Source: Verrucomicrobiota bacterium
GTDB lineage: Bacteria; Verrucomicrobiota; Verrucomicrobiia; Limisphaerales; CANJSG01
Direction: 5' to 3'
Assembly: GCA_038209745.1 (NCBI GenBank)
Contig: JBBQXJ010000037.1
Coordinates: 1-43,889 of the forward strand
DNA: 43,889 bases
A program made the position numbers and the translations under genes. Of the stretch, positions 1-11,725 are shown one piece after another; within the stretch, counting starts at the first letter, position 1; each line of letters begins with the position of its first letter. Below the pieces are notes generated by a model. It worked only from the letters and a program-made list of their open reading frames with translations. It was not told where the DNA came from and searched no databases.

Positions 1-107
1 TCACACCTCGCGACCCCCTTCCGTCCTTCGCAGATCCAGCCGCTCCCTTCCATCGGGCCACCCCGGGTCTTCCCCTTTGCTTTCCCATTTCCATTTTCAA
101 CGCCCCT

Positions 108-133
108 CTTCCAAAAAGGTCGGTTTTTGGAAG
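108..133. repeat. Perfect 10-bp inverted repeat CTTCCAAAAA-N6-TTTTTGGAAG
   Basis: Read directly: 108-117 and 124-133 are reverse complements. Confidence 0.7.
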
Positions 134-141
134 TCCCCTTA

Positions 142-327
142 TGTGATCTCAGATGTCATTTATGTGATCTCATTTGCCGTTTCTGTGATCTCAGTTGCCG
201 TTTCTGTGATCTCATTTGTCGTTTTCGTGGTCTGGTAAGCGACTTTCTTGATCTCTTCCACGGTTTTCTTGGTTCAGTTCGTCGCTTTCTTGGTTTGGTT
301 TGACGTTTTTGTGATCGGGTCGGCGGA
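142..327. repeat. Degenerate 21-bp tandem repeat, about 9 units (core TGTGATCTCA)
   Basis: TGTGATCTCA at 142, 163, 184 and 205; degenerate copies in register at 226, 247, 268, 289 and 310. Confidence 0.85.
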
Positions 328-531
328 GGACTGGCTGACGGACATTGCCGGGTAGGTCGGCATTGTTTGCCCGGCAATTTTGGATGCCCATAATTCATTG
401 CTCGGCTCGTGGGCGTGAAATGGTTTCATGGTTTGGCGGGCTGGGAAGGGATCAGCGCGGAAATGGAGGCGACGGTTTCTCCTGTAATTAACACACAAAG
501 GGACTGGTCAATAGTCAGAGAGAGCGATAAC

Positions 532-1230
532 TCACGAGCGGGCAAATTCGCTTGCAGATGGGCTCCCAGCCTGTCCGATGGGCAATGGAGGTTCTGATGC
601 GTTTCGGTCACCGCGACGACTCACCCGGTCGGGTAATTCCCTCCAGACTTTGATGCCCGTTGTACGGAGGACTTCGCCCCGCCCCGTCGTGTTTTCCACT
701 GCCTCGTTCGGGGTGAGCCTGGAGACACCCAGCAACCGGTCGGCGAGAGCAGCGCGCGGCCTGGCGATCTTTAACCCAATGGCGAACTCCTTGGGCCGGC
801 ATTTTTCGAACCCAGAAAAAAAGACCTGCACGAACAGGTTCGGGTGCCGTTCGATCTTCCGGTTGGATGCCTTGATGTCCGGCAGGAGCGAGGCGTGAGG
901 CTCCTGCATAAGCACCATCGCCTCGTCCCATAGAGCACATCCAGTTCCTTGAGTTCGTGCAGAAGGCCGTCGGTCGTTCCGCCCGCCGTGAAGATGATCT
1001 TCTCCGGTATCGGGGCATTCGGGCCGGACGGAGGATGCGTCGGATTCGCCATGATCGATTTCATCAACGCCCACAGCCTTTCGAGCACCTCTGGTTCGTT
1101 GAATGAAGCGGCCTTTTTCTTGCCGGCAGAGGAGCGCCGGATCGATGTTGTTGCGACCGGTTTCGGCACCGACGGCGACACCCCGGGTCAATGCGGAGGA
1201 CAGGGCAAGGGCCAGGAAAAGGAGCTTCAT
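532..1230 (-). pseudogene. Probable degraded gene for a secreted hypothetical protein
   Basis: Signal-peptide-like start MKLLFLALALSSA; protein-like segments appear to switch between two minus frames (532..1230 and 771..1181); no recognised family. Confidence 0.35.
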
Positions 1231-1559
1231 GATGAAAATGCCAGGCTGATTTCGTGACAGGTTAGCCGGCCGCTCGGCCGGTGATCACGGGGGATGGGCC
1301 AAGGTTTTTTCTGCGCGATGGCCAGGAAGCGACCCGGCGACCCGGTTTGGGCCGATGCCTTCATGGCAGCCGGCCTCTACGGAGCCTTCATGGTCGCCGA
1401 TCCGGGCCTGGCCCGGCACCGTGCCTCCCGCCGCCCTATGCGTCGCAAAGCACAGCCTTGTCTCCGCGTCCGGGCCGATGAATCGCTTGCGTGACAATTT
1501 CCGTCTGTGGCTTAGTCCTTCGTCGCTGCCGGCCAAGAGGTCCCGGCGCCCCTGTTTTC

Positions 1560-1838
1560 ATGATCCGGCACCGTGTGAACGTATTCTATTCGGGTCGGGT
1601 CCAAGGCGTGGGCTTTCGCTACACCGCCAAGACCCGGGCCAATGGCTTCGACGTGACCGGGACGGTCAGAAACCTCCCGGACGGACGGGTCGAGCTCGTT
1701 GCCGAAGGAGAACGGCAGGAACTGGAAGATTTCTTGGCAGATCTCCATGATTCAGAGATTGGACGCTTCGTGCAGGACGAGAATGTGACTTGGTCCGAGG
1801 CAAAACAGGATTTGAAAGGTTTCGAAATCGTTCGGTAG
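1560..1838 (+). CDS. acyP: Acylphosphatase
   Basis: GRVQGVGFR and G-x-V-R-N-x-x-D-G-x-V motifs; 92 aa from ATG 1560. Confidence 0.93.
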   Translation: MIRHRVNVFYSGRVQGVGFRYTAKTRANGFDVTGTVRNLPDGRVELVAEGERQELEDFLADLHDSEIGRFVQDENVTWSEAKQDLKGFEIVR

Positions 1839-1856
1839 ACTGGAAAAGACGTAAGA

Positions 1857-2579
1857 ATGAAATACGCGATCATCGCCGACATCCACGCCAACCTGGAGGC
1901 GTTGGAAGTCGTCCTGGAAGACATCAAGACTCAGGGCTGCACGCACGTGGCGTGTCTGGGGGACGTGGTCGGCTATGGCGCGAACCCGAAGGAATGCCTC
2001 GATATCGTCCGGGGCATGAACATCCCCGTGGTGAAGGGGAACCACGATGAAATGTGTTCCAGCGACGCGGAGATGGAAGGGTTCAACCCCGCCGCCGCCG
2101 CCGCCGTCCAGTGGACCCGCAAGCAGCTCGCGGACGAAGACTGCAAGTGGCTGCAGGACCTGAAATACATCCGGCTCGTCACCAGTTTTTCCATCGTCCA
2201 CGCCACCCTCGACGTCCCTTCGAAGTGGGGCTACGTCTTCGACAAGCTCGCCGCCGCCGCCAGCTTCACCTACCAGAATACGAGCGTCTGCTTCTTCGGC
2301 CACACCCATGTGCCCGTGGCCTTCGTCCGCGACAGCACGGTTCGCGGAGGCACCTATTCGAAGTTCAAGGTCGAACCGGGCCGCAAGTATTTCGTCAACG
2401 TCGGCAGTGTCGGTCAATCCCGCGACGGCGTGGCCAAGGCCACCTATGCCATCTATGACATGGTGGAGCAGTCGATAGAGCTCCGACGCCTCGACTACGA
2501 CATCCCCAAGGCCCAGGCGAAGATCCGGGCGGCGGGCCTGCCCGAACGCTTGGCGGAACGTTTGGCGCACGGAAAATAG
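1857..2579 (+). CDS. Calcineurin-like metallophosphoesterase
   Basis: DIHAN, GDVVGYG, GNHD, GHTH and NVGSVG motifs. Confidence 0.92.
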   Translation: MKYAIIADIHANLEALEVVLEDIKTQGCTHVACLGDVVGYGANPKECLDIVRGMNIPVVKGNHDEMCSSDAEMEGFNPAAAAAVQWTRKQLADEDCKWLQDLKYIRLVTSFSIVHATLDVPSKWGYVFDKLAAAASFTYQNTSVCFFGHTHVPVAFVRDSTVRGGTYSKFKVEPGRKYFVNVGSVGQSRDGVAKATYAIYDMVEQSIELRRLDYDIPKAQAKIRAAGLPERLAERLAHGK

Positions 2580-2616
2580 CGGGGGCTCCGAATCTCCCCG
2601 CCTTCAGTCCAGTCCT

Positions 2617-2647
2617 GGGCAGGCCAACCGCCTGCCCTCACTTTTTT
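2617..2647 (+). terminator. GC hairpin with nearby T6 immediately before the heptosyltransferase start
   Basis: GGGCAGGC-CAACC-GCCTGCCC then TCAC-TTTTTT; could instead be a REP-like remnant. Confidence 0.4.
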
Positions 2648-3661
2648 GTGAAGATCCTCATCCTGAAGCCCAGTTCGCTGGGGGACATCATCCATGCGAT
2701 GCCCGTCCTTCGGCTGCTCAAGCTTCACCGGCCCGAGGCGGAGATCCACTGGTGGGTGGAGGCCGGGATGGCTCCGCTCGTGGAGGACGATCCGGATCTG
2801 AGCGGGTTCTTTCGGTTCGAGCGCAGGCGCTGGGGCCGTCTTTCTGGCGTGCCTTCCATGCTCAAGACGATCTTCGCTCTACGCCGGCAACGATTCGATC
2901 TCGTGATCGATCTCCAGGGATTGGCCCGGTCCGCCTCGTTCGCGTGGTTGGCCAACGGCGGATTCACCATCGGGGTCGACGACCCACGAGAGGCCGCCGC
3001 CGGTTTCTATGATGTGGCGATTCCACGACCCGGCCCGCTGGTCCACGCCGTCGACTGGTATCTGGAAGTGCTCCGCTGGCTGGAAGTTCCGACGGATCGG
3101 CCCTTCACGTGGATGCCGAAAAGGGAAACTGTCGCGGCCTCGGTGAACACGAAATGGCGACTGGGCGAAGCTCCCCTGGTGCTGCTCAACCCCGGTGCCA
3201 GGTGGTGGAACAAGCGCTGGCCTGCGGCGGCTTTCGGTCGAACCATGGAGTGCATTGCCGCCGCCCGGCCCGACACCCGGTTCGCCATCCTTGGAGGCCA
3301 GGAAGACATCCCGTTGGCCGAGGAAATCTTCCGGCACGCCCCGAATCGAACCCTCAATCTCGCCGGCCAGACCTCGCTCCACGAAGTGATCGAAGTGATC
3401 CGAGCGGCCCAGCTGATCATTACGAACGACACCGGGCCGATGCACATGGCGGCCGCCACCGGCACGCCCATGATCGCGCTGTTTGGTCCGACGAATCCCG
3501 CCCGCACCGGCCCCTACGGCGCGAACGCCAGGGTGATGAAAGTCTCCCTGCCCTGCGCCCCGTGCCTGAGCCAACGCTGCCATTGGCCCGAGAAAATGGA
3601 GTGTCTGACCGCGATCCGGCCGGAAACGGTGTCCGCAGCGGCTCTGAAGTTATTGGCGTGA
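2648..3661 (+). CDS. LPS heptosyltransferase, glycosyltransferase family 9 (WaaC/WaaF-like)
   Basis: KILILKPSSLGDIIH, DLQGL, KRWP, NDTGPMHMAAA and LFGPT motifs; GTG start. Confidence 0.92.
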   Translation: MKILILKPSSLGDIIHAMPVLRLLKLHRPEAEIHWWVEAGMAPLVEDDPDLSGFFRFERRRWGRLSGVPSMLKTIFALRRQRFDLVIDLQGLARSASFAWLANGGFTIGVDDPREAAAGFYDVAIPRPGPLVHAVDWYLEVLRWLEVPTDRPFTWMPKRETVAASVNTKWRLGEAPLVLLNPGARWWNKRWPAAAFGRTMECIAAARPDTRFAILGGQEDIPLAEEIFRHAPNRTLNLAGQTSLHEVIEVIRAAQLIITNDTGPMHMAAATGTPMIALFGPTNPARTGPYGANARVMKVSLPCAPCLSQRCHWPEKMECLTAIRPETVSAAALKLLA

Positions 3662-3731
3662 CTGGACACGCCGCGAGGGACGGCAGGATTTCGTCCGCAA
3701 TTGAGGGAACTTATCCGGCGATCGGCGGTGC

Positions 3732-4808
3732 CTAAATGGAGCCGTCTTCGGGCTTGGGACGGGTCTGCATGGCCTCCAGTTCGGAGACGCGGCGAACAAG
3801 ATTCGGCAACTGATGGACCGCCACGAGCTGGCGCTTCATCTGCCGGTCGGGCTGCGCGGGGGAGCCGAACCACTTCTCGCCTTCGGGAATGTCATGCATC
3901 ACGCCGGACTGGGCGGAGACCACGGCCTTGCTCCCGATTTTCAGGTGTCCGGCCACGCCGACCTGCCCGGCGAGGGTGACATAGTTGCCCATCTTGGTGC
4001 TGCCGGCCACGCCGACCTGGGAAATGATCAGGCAATGGTCGCCGATGCTGACGTTGTGGGCGATCTGGACGAGGTTGTCGATTTTGGTTCCGCGCCCGAT
4101 CGTCGTGGGACCGAGGGCACCGCGATCAATGGTCACGTTCGCCCCGATCTCCACGTCGTCCTGGATCAGCACGTAGCCCACTTGAGGCACCTTGCGGTGT
4201 TGGCCCTGGTCGAGCACGTAGCCGAAGCCGTCCGAACCCACGACGGTGCCGGAATGGATCGTGACCCTTGAGCCGATCTGGCTGCGGAGGTAGATCGAGA
4301 CGTTGGCGAAGATGTGGGAATCCTCGCCGATCACCGAATTCGGCCCGACGAAGACCGAGGCCATCAGGACCGTCCGGGGCCCGATCTTACAGCCTGCGCT
4401 CACGACACAATGGGGGCCTACGTGCGCGGTCGGATCGATCTCGGCGTCGGGCGCGACCACGGCGGATGGATGCACGCCGGCCGGATAGGCCGGCTCGGGA
4501 AAGAACAGAGGCAAGACCCGGGCGAACGCGATGCGGGCATTGGGCACCTTGATGACCGTCTTCTTCTCCGAGCGGAAGGGCCCGTCCACCATGATGGCGG
4601 CGGCGGCGGACTGCTCGGCTTTTTGGAAAAACGTCTCGTTCTCCGCAAAGGTCAGATCCCCCGGTTTGGCCGCCGTGGCGGGGGCGAAACCGGTCAACAG
4701 CGCCGTCGGATCCCCCAGAACCTCGCCCTCGAGCTCCCGGGCGATGTCCTGGGCGGTGAACTGGACCGTGAGCGGCGCGGACGCGGTGTTGGAGTCTCCC
4801 TGGTTCAT
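3732..4808 (-). CDS. lpxD: UDP-3-O-acylglucosamine N-acyltransferase (copy 1)
   Basis: N-terminal LTFA domain, hexapeptide repeats, [25 protein letters not shown]. Confidence 0.95.
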   Translation of the reverse strand: MNQGDSNTASAPLTVQFTAQDIARELEGEVLGDPTALLTGFAPATAAKPGDLTFAENETFFQKAEQSAAAAIMVDGPFRSEKKTVIKVPNARIAFARVLPLFFPEPAYPAGVHPSAVVAPDAEIDPTAHVGPHCVVSAGCKIGPRTVLMASVFVGPNSVIGEDSHIFANVSIYLRSQIGSRVTIHSGTVVGSDGFGYVLDQGQHRKVPQVGYVLIQDDVEIGANVTIDRGALGPTTIGRGTKIDNLVQIAHNVSIGDHCLIISQVGVAGSTKMGNYVTLAGQVGVAGHLKIGSKAVVSAQSGVMHDIPEGEKWFGSPAQPDRQMKRQLVAVHQLPNLVRRVSELEAMQTRPKPEDGSI

Positions 4809-4833
4809 TCCCGTCGATCGTTGAGGGTTGGTT

Positions 4834-5196
4834 CTACTTCCCGTTCTTTTCGACGACTCTGTTGCCCACCCCGAGGACGACCACCCGGGGCTTCCAAGCG
4901 GCGGCTTCCGCGGAGTCGACTTCGGTGAAGCTCATGATCGTGATGAGGTCGCCCGGTTTGCCCAGATGGGCCACCGCCCCGTTGAGTTCGATGACACCGG
5001 ATCCGCTCCCGCCCTTGATCACGTAGGTTTCCCAGCGGGCGCCGTTCGCCATGTTGCTGCAGAGAATCCTCTCATACGGAAAAAGGCCGCAGGCTTCCAG
5101 AAGGTCCGACGCGATGGTGAGGCTGCCCTCGTAATCGACGCTGGCTCCGGTGACGGTGGCGCGGTGGATCTTCGACTTAAGAACGTGAACGAGCAT
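4834..5196 (-). CDS. panD: Aspartate 1-decarboxylase
   Basis: [14 protein letters not shown] self-cleavage site, ETYVI, LNGA. Confidence 0.96.
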   Translation of the reverse strand: MLVHVLKSKIHRATVTGASVDYEGSLTIASDLLEACGLFPYERILCSNMANGARWETYVIKGGSGSGVIELNGAVAHLGKPGDLITIMSFTEVDSAEAAAWKPRVVVLGVGNRVVEKNGK

Positions 5197-5302
5197 TTTC
5201 GGGCGGAAACGTAGAGGTGCTTCCCGATGGCCGCCAACTCATTTCCTGTCGCCGGGAGATTGACCTTGGTCCCGGCGCCGGCCTCGGCTAAACCCCCGCC
5301 GC

Positions 5303-5962
5303 ATGGATTGGATCAAAGACGCCCTCGATTTCGTCCTTCACATCAAGGACCACTTGGACGAACTCGTCCGCAACTACGGCGTCTGGGTCTATGCCGTCCT
5401 CTTCCTCATCATCTTTTGCGAGACGGGGCTGGTCGTCACTCCGTTCCTCCCGGGCGATTCCCTTCTGTTCGCCGCCGGAGCCGTCGCGGCCGGAGGCGGG
5501 CTGAACCTCTTTGTGCTCTGCGGCATCCTGATTGTCGCAGCGATTCTGGGAGACACGGTGAACTACTGGATCGGCCGCAAGTTGGGAGGCTGGACGGTCC
5601 GCAGATTTCCCCGTCTCGTGAAGCCCCAATACTTGGAGCGGACCCACGCTTTCTTCGAACGCTACGGCGGCAAGGCGGTCGTCTTCGCCCGCTTCGTCCC
5701 CATCGTCAGGACCTTCGCGCCGTTTGTCGCCGGCGCAGGCGCGATGACCTACGGGCGATTCATGCTGTTCAACGTCGTCGGGGCCCTGCTCTGGGTGCTG
5801 CTGCTGGCCCCGGCCGGGTATTTGTTCGCAAACGTGCCCTTCGTGAAGAAGAACTTCGAACTTGTCATCATGGGCATCATCGTCGTGTCCGTCCTCCCGG
5901 GCTTGATCGAACTCTTCCGGGAACGGGCGCGCCTGAAACGGGAAGCCAACCGCCGGGACTGA
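5303..5962 (+). CDS. DedA family membrane protein
   Basis: ETGLVVTPFLPGDSLLFAAG and ARFVPIVRTFAPFVAG motifs. Confidence 0.95.
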   Translation: MDWIKDALDFVLHIKDHLDELVRNYGVWVYAVLFLIIFCETGLVVTPFLPGDSLLFAAGAVAAGGGLNLFVLCGILIVAAILGDTVNYWIGRKLGGWTVRRFPRLVKPQYLERTHAFFERYGGKAVVFARFVPIVRTFAPFVAGAGAMTYGRFMLFNVVGALLWVLLLAPAGYLFANVPFVKKNFELVIMGIIVVSVLPGLIELFRERARLKREANRRD

Positions 5963-6035
5963 CCGCGACCGGCCTCATGCCCCTTGCCTACAGACAGGTG
6001 GATCTGGACTATTCCGAGCCGAAATCGCCCGCCGC

Positions 6036-7412
6036 ATGTTCGACCGACTTATCGCCCTGAACCGGGGTCAAATTGTCCTGCTGGCCAGCCTTTGTCTGGT
6101 TGTCATCGGCACGGTTGATTGGATCACGGGACCCGAGATCGCCCTCTCCATCTTCTACTTGGTGCCGGTGGCGTTGGTCGCGGCATCCGTCGGAAAGAAA
6201 GCAGGCTTGGCGACGGCCCTCGGGGCGGGTGCCGTTTGGCTCGGGATCGAAGTGGCCACCAACCATCTCTCCCATCCAGCGATCGCCTACTGGAACGGAG
6301 CGGTCCGGACCGGAATCTTCTCCATCTTCGCCTGGATCGTTGCATTGATCGCGGACCGGACTCGGGAGCTCCGGTCGTTGAACGCCTCCCTCGCGAAAAT
6401 AGTGGAGGAACGGAGCGCCGCCCTTCGCGACCAGACCGCGCTGCTGGAATCCATCCTCAACAGCATCGGCGAAGGCGTCGTGGTCGCGGACGCCGCCGGC
6501 CGGGTCGTCAAACACAACCCCGCCGCCGAGCGCATCCTCGGATGTTCCCCTGCCGAGACTGATCTTGCAGCTCCTCAACCCGGCCACGACCACGATCCCT
6601 CACTCGGCCAGGCGCTGCGCGGGGTGCGGTTGGACGCCGAAGAGATCCACTGGCCCATCAGCGGTAGATGGATCGCCCTGACGGCTCGTCCCGTGACCGA
6701 TCCACTCGGGAGCATCAAGGGCGGAGTCGTGGTGTTCCACGACGTCACCGAGCGCCGGTTGCTGGAACGTCAAGTGGCGGAAGCCAGCGAACGCGAGCAG
6801 CGGCGGCTGGGAGAGGACCTGCACGACAGCGTCTGCCAACAGCTCGTCAGCATCGCCTTCGCCGCCCGCCTCCTTGCCGACAAGCTTGCGGAGAGCCGCC
6901 CGGTGGAATCACGTGATGCGGCGGAACTCGTCGAAATGCTCAACGCCGCCATTTCCCAAGCCCGCCAAGTCGCTCGCGGCCTCTACCTGGTGGGTCTGGA
7001 AGAAGACGGTCTCGTCGCGGTCATCGAAGAAATGGCGGCCCAGATCCGCTCCCGCCACCAGATCAACTGTGCCTTCTGCTCCCATACGACAACCCCGGTG
7101 GAGGATCCCGTGACCGCACGCGAGCTCTTCCGCATCGTCCAGGAAGCCGTCGCCAATGCCCTCAAGCACGGACACCCGGAGCACCTCCAGATCACCCTCG
7201 ATGCGGACGACCAGCGGATACTTCTTTGCATCGAAAACGACGGGATTCCAATTCCGCCCAAAGAGGCGCGGGGGGACGGAATGGGCCTTCACTTGATGCG
7301 CCACCGCGCACGGCTCATCGGCGGCACCCTCACCATCGATTCATCCGGCCCGGGAGGCACCGAAGTCGTCTGCGAGGTCCCCCGCTGGAATCCCCCGCTG
7401 CCAACCCCATGA
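6036..7412 (+). CDS. Membrane-bound PAS sensor histidine kinase (HisKA_3 type)
   Basis: About 4 N-terminal TM segments, PAS-like region, EDLHDSVCQ H-box, QEAVANALKH, GMGL. Confidence 0.92.
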   Translation: MFDRLIALNRGQIVLLASLCLVVIGTVDWITGPEIALSIFYLVPVALVAASVGKKAGLATALGAGAVWLGIEVATNHLSHPAIAYWNGAVRTGIFSIFAWIVALIADRTRELRSLNASLAKIVEERSAALRDQTALLESILNSIGEGVVVADAAGRVVKHNPAAERILGCSPAETDLAAPQPGHDHDPSLGQALRGVRLDAEEIHWPISGRWIALTARPVTDPLGSIKGGVVVFHDVTERRLLERQVAEASEREQRRLGEDLHDSVCQQLVSIAFAARLLADKLAESRPVESRDAAELVEMLNAAISQARQVARGLYLVGLEEDGLVAVIEEMAAQIRSRHQINCAFCSHTTTPVEDPVTARELFRIVQEAVANALKHGHPEHLQITLDADDQRILLCIENDGIPIPPKEARGDGMGLHLMRHRARLIGGTLTIDSSGPGGTEVVCEVPRWNPPLPTP

Positions 7413-8086
7413 AACCGGACGAGTCACCTGCCCACCGCCAGTCCCGCGTCTTCCTCGTGGACGACCATCCCATGGTCCGCGAGCGCCTCGCCGCCCTCAT
7501 CGAGCGCGAGATCGACCTCACGATCTGCGGAGAGGCGGACGACGCCCCGACCGCCATCCAGAAGATTCCGGCAGCCAAACCCGACCTGGTTCTACTGGAC
7601 CTCGCGCTGAAGAACTCCCTCGGATTGGAGCTCCTCAAAGATCTCCGCGTTCTCCTGCCCGACCTACCGGTGCTCGTGCTTTCCATGCACGATGAACTGA
7701 TCTACGCGGAACGCGTTCTTTTGGCCGGAGGGCGCGGCTACATCACCAAGCAGGAGGCAACCACCCGTATCCTCATCGCCATCCGCCAAGTGCTGGCCGG
7801 CGAAGTCTACCTCGGCCCGGAAGTCGGAGGTCGAATTCTGCAAAGGCTGGCCCGCATCGGCACCAAGGGTCCGCAGACCCCCGTCGAAGCCCTGACCGAC
7901 CGCGAATTGGAGGTCTTCCGGATGATCGGCCAAGGACTCGGCACCCGCCGCATCGCGGAAGATCTCCACCTCGGCATCAAAACCGTGGAGACCTACAAAG
8001 CTCGTATCAGGGAAAAACTCGGCCTCTCCGACAGCACCCAAGTGCTCCAGCAAGCCATTCGTTGGTTGCAGGACCACGAAGCCTGA
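7409..8086 (+). CDS. NarL/LuxR-family response regulator
   Basis: LVDDHP receiver, LLDL, LSMH, LTDRELEV HTH; ATGA overlap with the kinase stop. Confidence 0.93.
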   Translation: MKPDESPAHRQSRVFLVDDHPMVRERLAALIEREIDLTICGEADDAPTAIQKIPAAKPDLVLLDLALKNSLGLELLKDLRVLLPDLPVLVLSMHDELIYAERVLLAGGRGYITKQEATTRILIAIRQVLAGEVYLGPEVGGRILQRLARIGTKGPQTPVEALTDRELEVFRMIGQGLGTRRIAEDLHLGIKTVETYKARIREKLGLSDSTQVLQQAIRWLQDHEA

Positions 8087-8375
8087 CAGCGGAACCGTCT
8101 CCATCCTCAGAAATTCGACGCGCCGCCGATCCCGCTCGGAGGACTCGGCGCCTTCCGCAATTATAGCCTCCTCCCCTCAAGCCCAGTTCTTTGCGTCGTT
8201 TGAACCCAAGGCACTATCCTCGAATTACGGCCAGTCGCTCGACCTCCGTGTAGTCCATTCCCTGACAACTGAAACAGGCAACGTCCGTCTGACGCTGCCC
8301 ACCTTCACTGTGCACACTGTCCAAAGTTGAGACGGAGCCACGCTTCGATCCCACAATAAAACTCAGTGTAACACT

Positions 8376-9089
8376 ATGAAAACCACGACCAGCACAGTCC
8401 AACGTTCGGTTCGGATCGCCTTCGCCGGCGCGCTTCTTGCGAGCGGCTTAAGCGCAAAAGCACTCATCCTCACCACCGCGCCCCAAGTCTTCCTGTTCGG
8501 CGCCAACGACCTCGACTTCACCCAGTCGGCTTCGCTGGCGACCTTCAACCAACCCGGAACCCTGACGGGTGTTCATATCGAGTTGTCCGGCGGGGCGAAT
8601 TTCACCCTCAAAGCCACTTCAGGCACTAAGGCCGGCACGATCAACAGCATGACCGAGGATGTGGCCTTCAGTCTCACGGGCCTGCCGTTCACGGCGCTCT
8701 CGACCTCCATTCCGACCTATTCGGTCGGAACATTCCCACTGCCGGCATCGTCCTCGATGTCGTTCACCAGCTCGGGGATCGCCCCTCTGACCTCGGTCGA
8801 TCTGAGCATGATAGCTCAATTAAATGTCTACAACGTGTCCGCAGGAGCGCCTTTGAGCATCCCGTTCCAGTTTTTCGCCGACGAAACTTTCAACTTCAAC
8901 AAGAAAGGCAGCGGTCTCGCGGCCGGTTCCGAAGCCACCGGCACGGGCAGCGCCCGGGTCTGGTACAGTTACGAATTGCAGACGCCGCCGCCCCCGGTGC
9001 CGGAAGTTTCCACGGCCATCTCGGCCGGAGCGTTCACGTTGATCGGGGCTGTGTTCCTCCTCCGGAACCGGAAAACCCAGGCTGCCTGA
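8376..9089 (+). CDS. PEP-CTERM-type surface protein (choice-of-anchor E-like N-terminal region)
   Basis: Signal peptide, S/T-rich body, C-terminal VPEVST + hydrophobic helix + RNRK; FNQPGTLTGV resembles choice-of-anchor E. Confidence 0.8.
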   Translation: MKTTTSTVQRSVRIAFAGALLASGLSAKALILTTAPQVFLFGANDLDFTQSASLATFNQPGTLTGVHIELSGGANFTLKATSGTKAGTINSMTEDVAFSLTGLPFTALSTSIPTYSVGTFPLPASSSMSFTSSGIAPLTSVDLSMIAQLNVYNVSAGAPLSIPFQFFADETFNFNKKGSGLAAGSEATGTGSARVWYSYELQTPPPPVPEVSTAISAGAFTLIGAVFLLRNRKTQAA

Positions 9090-9119
9090 TCCCGTCTTTG
9101 GATCCGAAACGGTGTCATC

Positions 9120-9147
9120 GGCCGGTGGAGCAATCCACCGGCCTTTT
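9120..9147 (+). terminator. Rho-independent terminator
   Basis: GGCCGGTGGA-GCAA-TCCACCGGCC-TTTT (10-bp stem, GNRA loop). Confidence 0.85.
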
Positions 9148-9214
9148 CACTTTCATCAAGCCCTACGATCAAAGTCTGGAATCCCGTCCCTAGTTGGGGA
9201 TGATTTCCCGACCT

Positions 9215-9958
9215 ATGTCACAGCTCGCCAACCAAGTCGCCATCGTCACCGGAGCCGGACGCGGCATCGGACGCGCCATCGCCCTGAAATTCGCCGCCGA
9301 AGGCGCCGATGTCGTCTGCGTCTCCCGCACCGCGGAAAACTCCGAAAAGGTCGCCGCTGAAGTCCGCGCCCTCGGTCGGAAGGCCTGGGCCCATGCGGTC
9401 GATGTCTCCGATCCCGCCGCCGTCGCCACCGCCGCCGAGAAGATCCTCGCCGAGACCGGCCGCGCCGACATCCTCGTGAACAACGCCGGCGTGACCCGCG
9501 ACGGCCTGCTCATGCGCATGACCGAGGCGGACTGGGACACCGTGCTCGACACCAACCTCCGGGGCGCATTCTCCGTCACCAAGGCCTTCACCCGCACGAT
9601 GATCAAGCAGCGTTCCGGCCGGATCATCAACCTTGCCTCCGTCGTCGGCCTCATGGGCAACGCCGGCCAGTGCAACTATGCCGCCAGCAAAGCCGGTCTC
9701 ATCGGCTTCACCAAGTCCGTCGCCCGCGAGCTCGCCTCCCGCGGCATTACCTGCAATGCCATCGCCCCGGGTTTCATCGAAACGGACATGACCTCCGAGC
9801 TGAAGCCCGAGATGCGCGAAGCCCTGTTGAAGCAGATTCCCCTGAACTCCTTCGGCAGCGCGGACGACATCGCCGCCGCCGCCCTGTATCTGGCCTCGGC
9901 CGGAGCCCGCTACGTCACGGGTCAGGTGTTGACCGTCGATGGCGGCATGGTGATGTGA
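9215..9958 (+). CDS. fabG: 3-oxoacyl-ACP reductase
   Basis: TGAGRGIG, NNAGVTRD, YAASK, GQVLTVDGGM; adjacent to acpP and fabF. Confidence 0.96.
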   Translation: MSQLANQVAIVTGAGRGIGRAIALKFAAEGADVVCVSRTAENSEKVAAEVRALGRKAWAHAVDVSDPAAVATAAEKILAETGRADILVNNAGVTRDGLLMRMTEADWDTVLDTNLRGAFSVTKAFTRTMIKQRSGRIINLASVVGLMGNAGQCNYAASKAGLIGFTKSVARELASRGITCNAIAPGFIETDMTSELKPEMREALLKQIPLNSFGSADDIAAAALYLASAGARYVTGQVLTVDGGMVM

Positions 9959-10020
9959 CGAACGGGGCCAACCTCGACCGCATCCGGGATCAGACATCAA
10001 GCCGCTCCGAGTAATGCGGC

Positions 10021-10049
10021 TTGACGCCCCCCCACCCGTCGCCTAAAGA
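10021..10049 (+). promoter_or_regulatory. Putative sigma70-type promoter for acpP
   Basis: TTGACG-17 nt-TAAAGA, ending 11 nt before the ATG; the -10 lacks the final T. Confidence 0.5.
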
Positions 10050-10060
10050 CGCACCCAACT

Positions 10061-10303
10061 ATGGCTGAAAAGAGCACTGAACAGAGGGTCAAAGACATCA
10101 TCGTCGAGCAGCTCGGCGTGAACGCGGATCAGGTAACGCCTGAAGCCAAGTTCATCGAGGACCTTGGCGCCGATTCCTTGGACACCGTCGAACTCGTGAT
10201 GGCTCTCGAAGAAGAATTCGGGACCGAGATCCCCGACGATCAGGCGGAAAAACTCCAGAGCGTCGGCGACGTCATCAAGTTCGTCGACGAGCTCCAGAAG
10301 TAG
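10061..10303 (+). CDS. acpP: Acyl carrier protein
   Basis: [20 protein letters not shown]. Confidence 0.98.
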   Translation: MAEKSTEQRVKDIIVEQLGVNADQVTPEAKFIEDLGADSLDTVELVMALEEEFGTEIPDDQAEKLQSVGDVIKFVDELQK

Positions 10304-10323
10304 TCGTCGCGCGACGTCTTTCC

Positions 10324-10360
10324 GGGGCAGCAAGGTCGAACCGGCCCGGCTGCCCCTTTT
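10324..10360 (+). terminator. Hairpin plus T4 between acpP and fabF (partial terminator or mRNA stabiliser)
   Basis: GGGGCAGC...GCTGCCCC-TTTT. Confidence 0.55.
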
Positions 10361-10366
10361 GATTTT

Positions 10367-11623
<1,257 letters not shown>

Positions 11624-11649
11624 CGCCCAAGATCGCCACCGCAATGCGC

Positions 11650-11676
11650 AAGGCCCGTCCCTACGACGGGCCTTTT
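11650..11676 (+). terminator. Rho-independent terminator after fabF
   Basis: AAGGCCCGTC-CCTAC-GACGGGCCTT-TT. Confidence 0.8.
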
Positions 11677-11725
11677 GCTTGGGTTCGACGTTTCGGCTTG
11701 GTCCAAAAAAACCCGTCGACACCGA

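Noticed and set aside
142..327. CRISPR array
   Set aside because: Period is only 21 bp, there are no unique spacers and no cas genes
1281..1500. Short ORFs upstream of acyP (1294..1494 ends in a GTGA overlap at 1491)
   Set aside because: No recognisable family and no upstream gene to couple to; may be a remnant
8090..8375. sigma54 promoter or structured RNA upstream of the PEP-CTERM gene
   Set aside because: No convincing -24/-12 element or recognisable RNA motif found by eye
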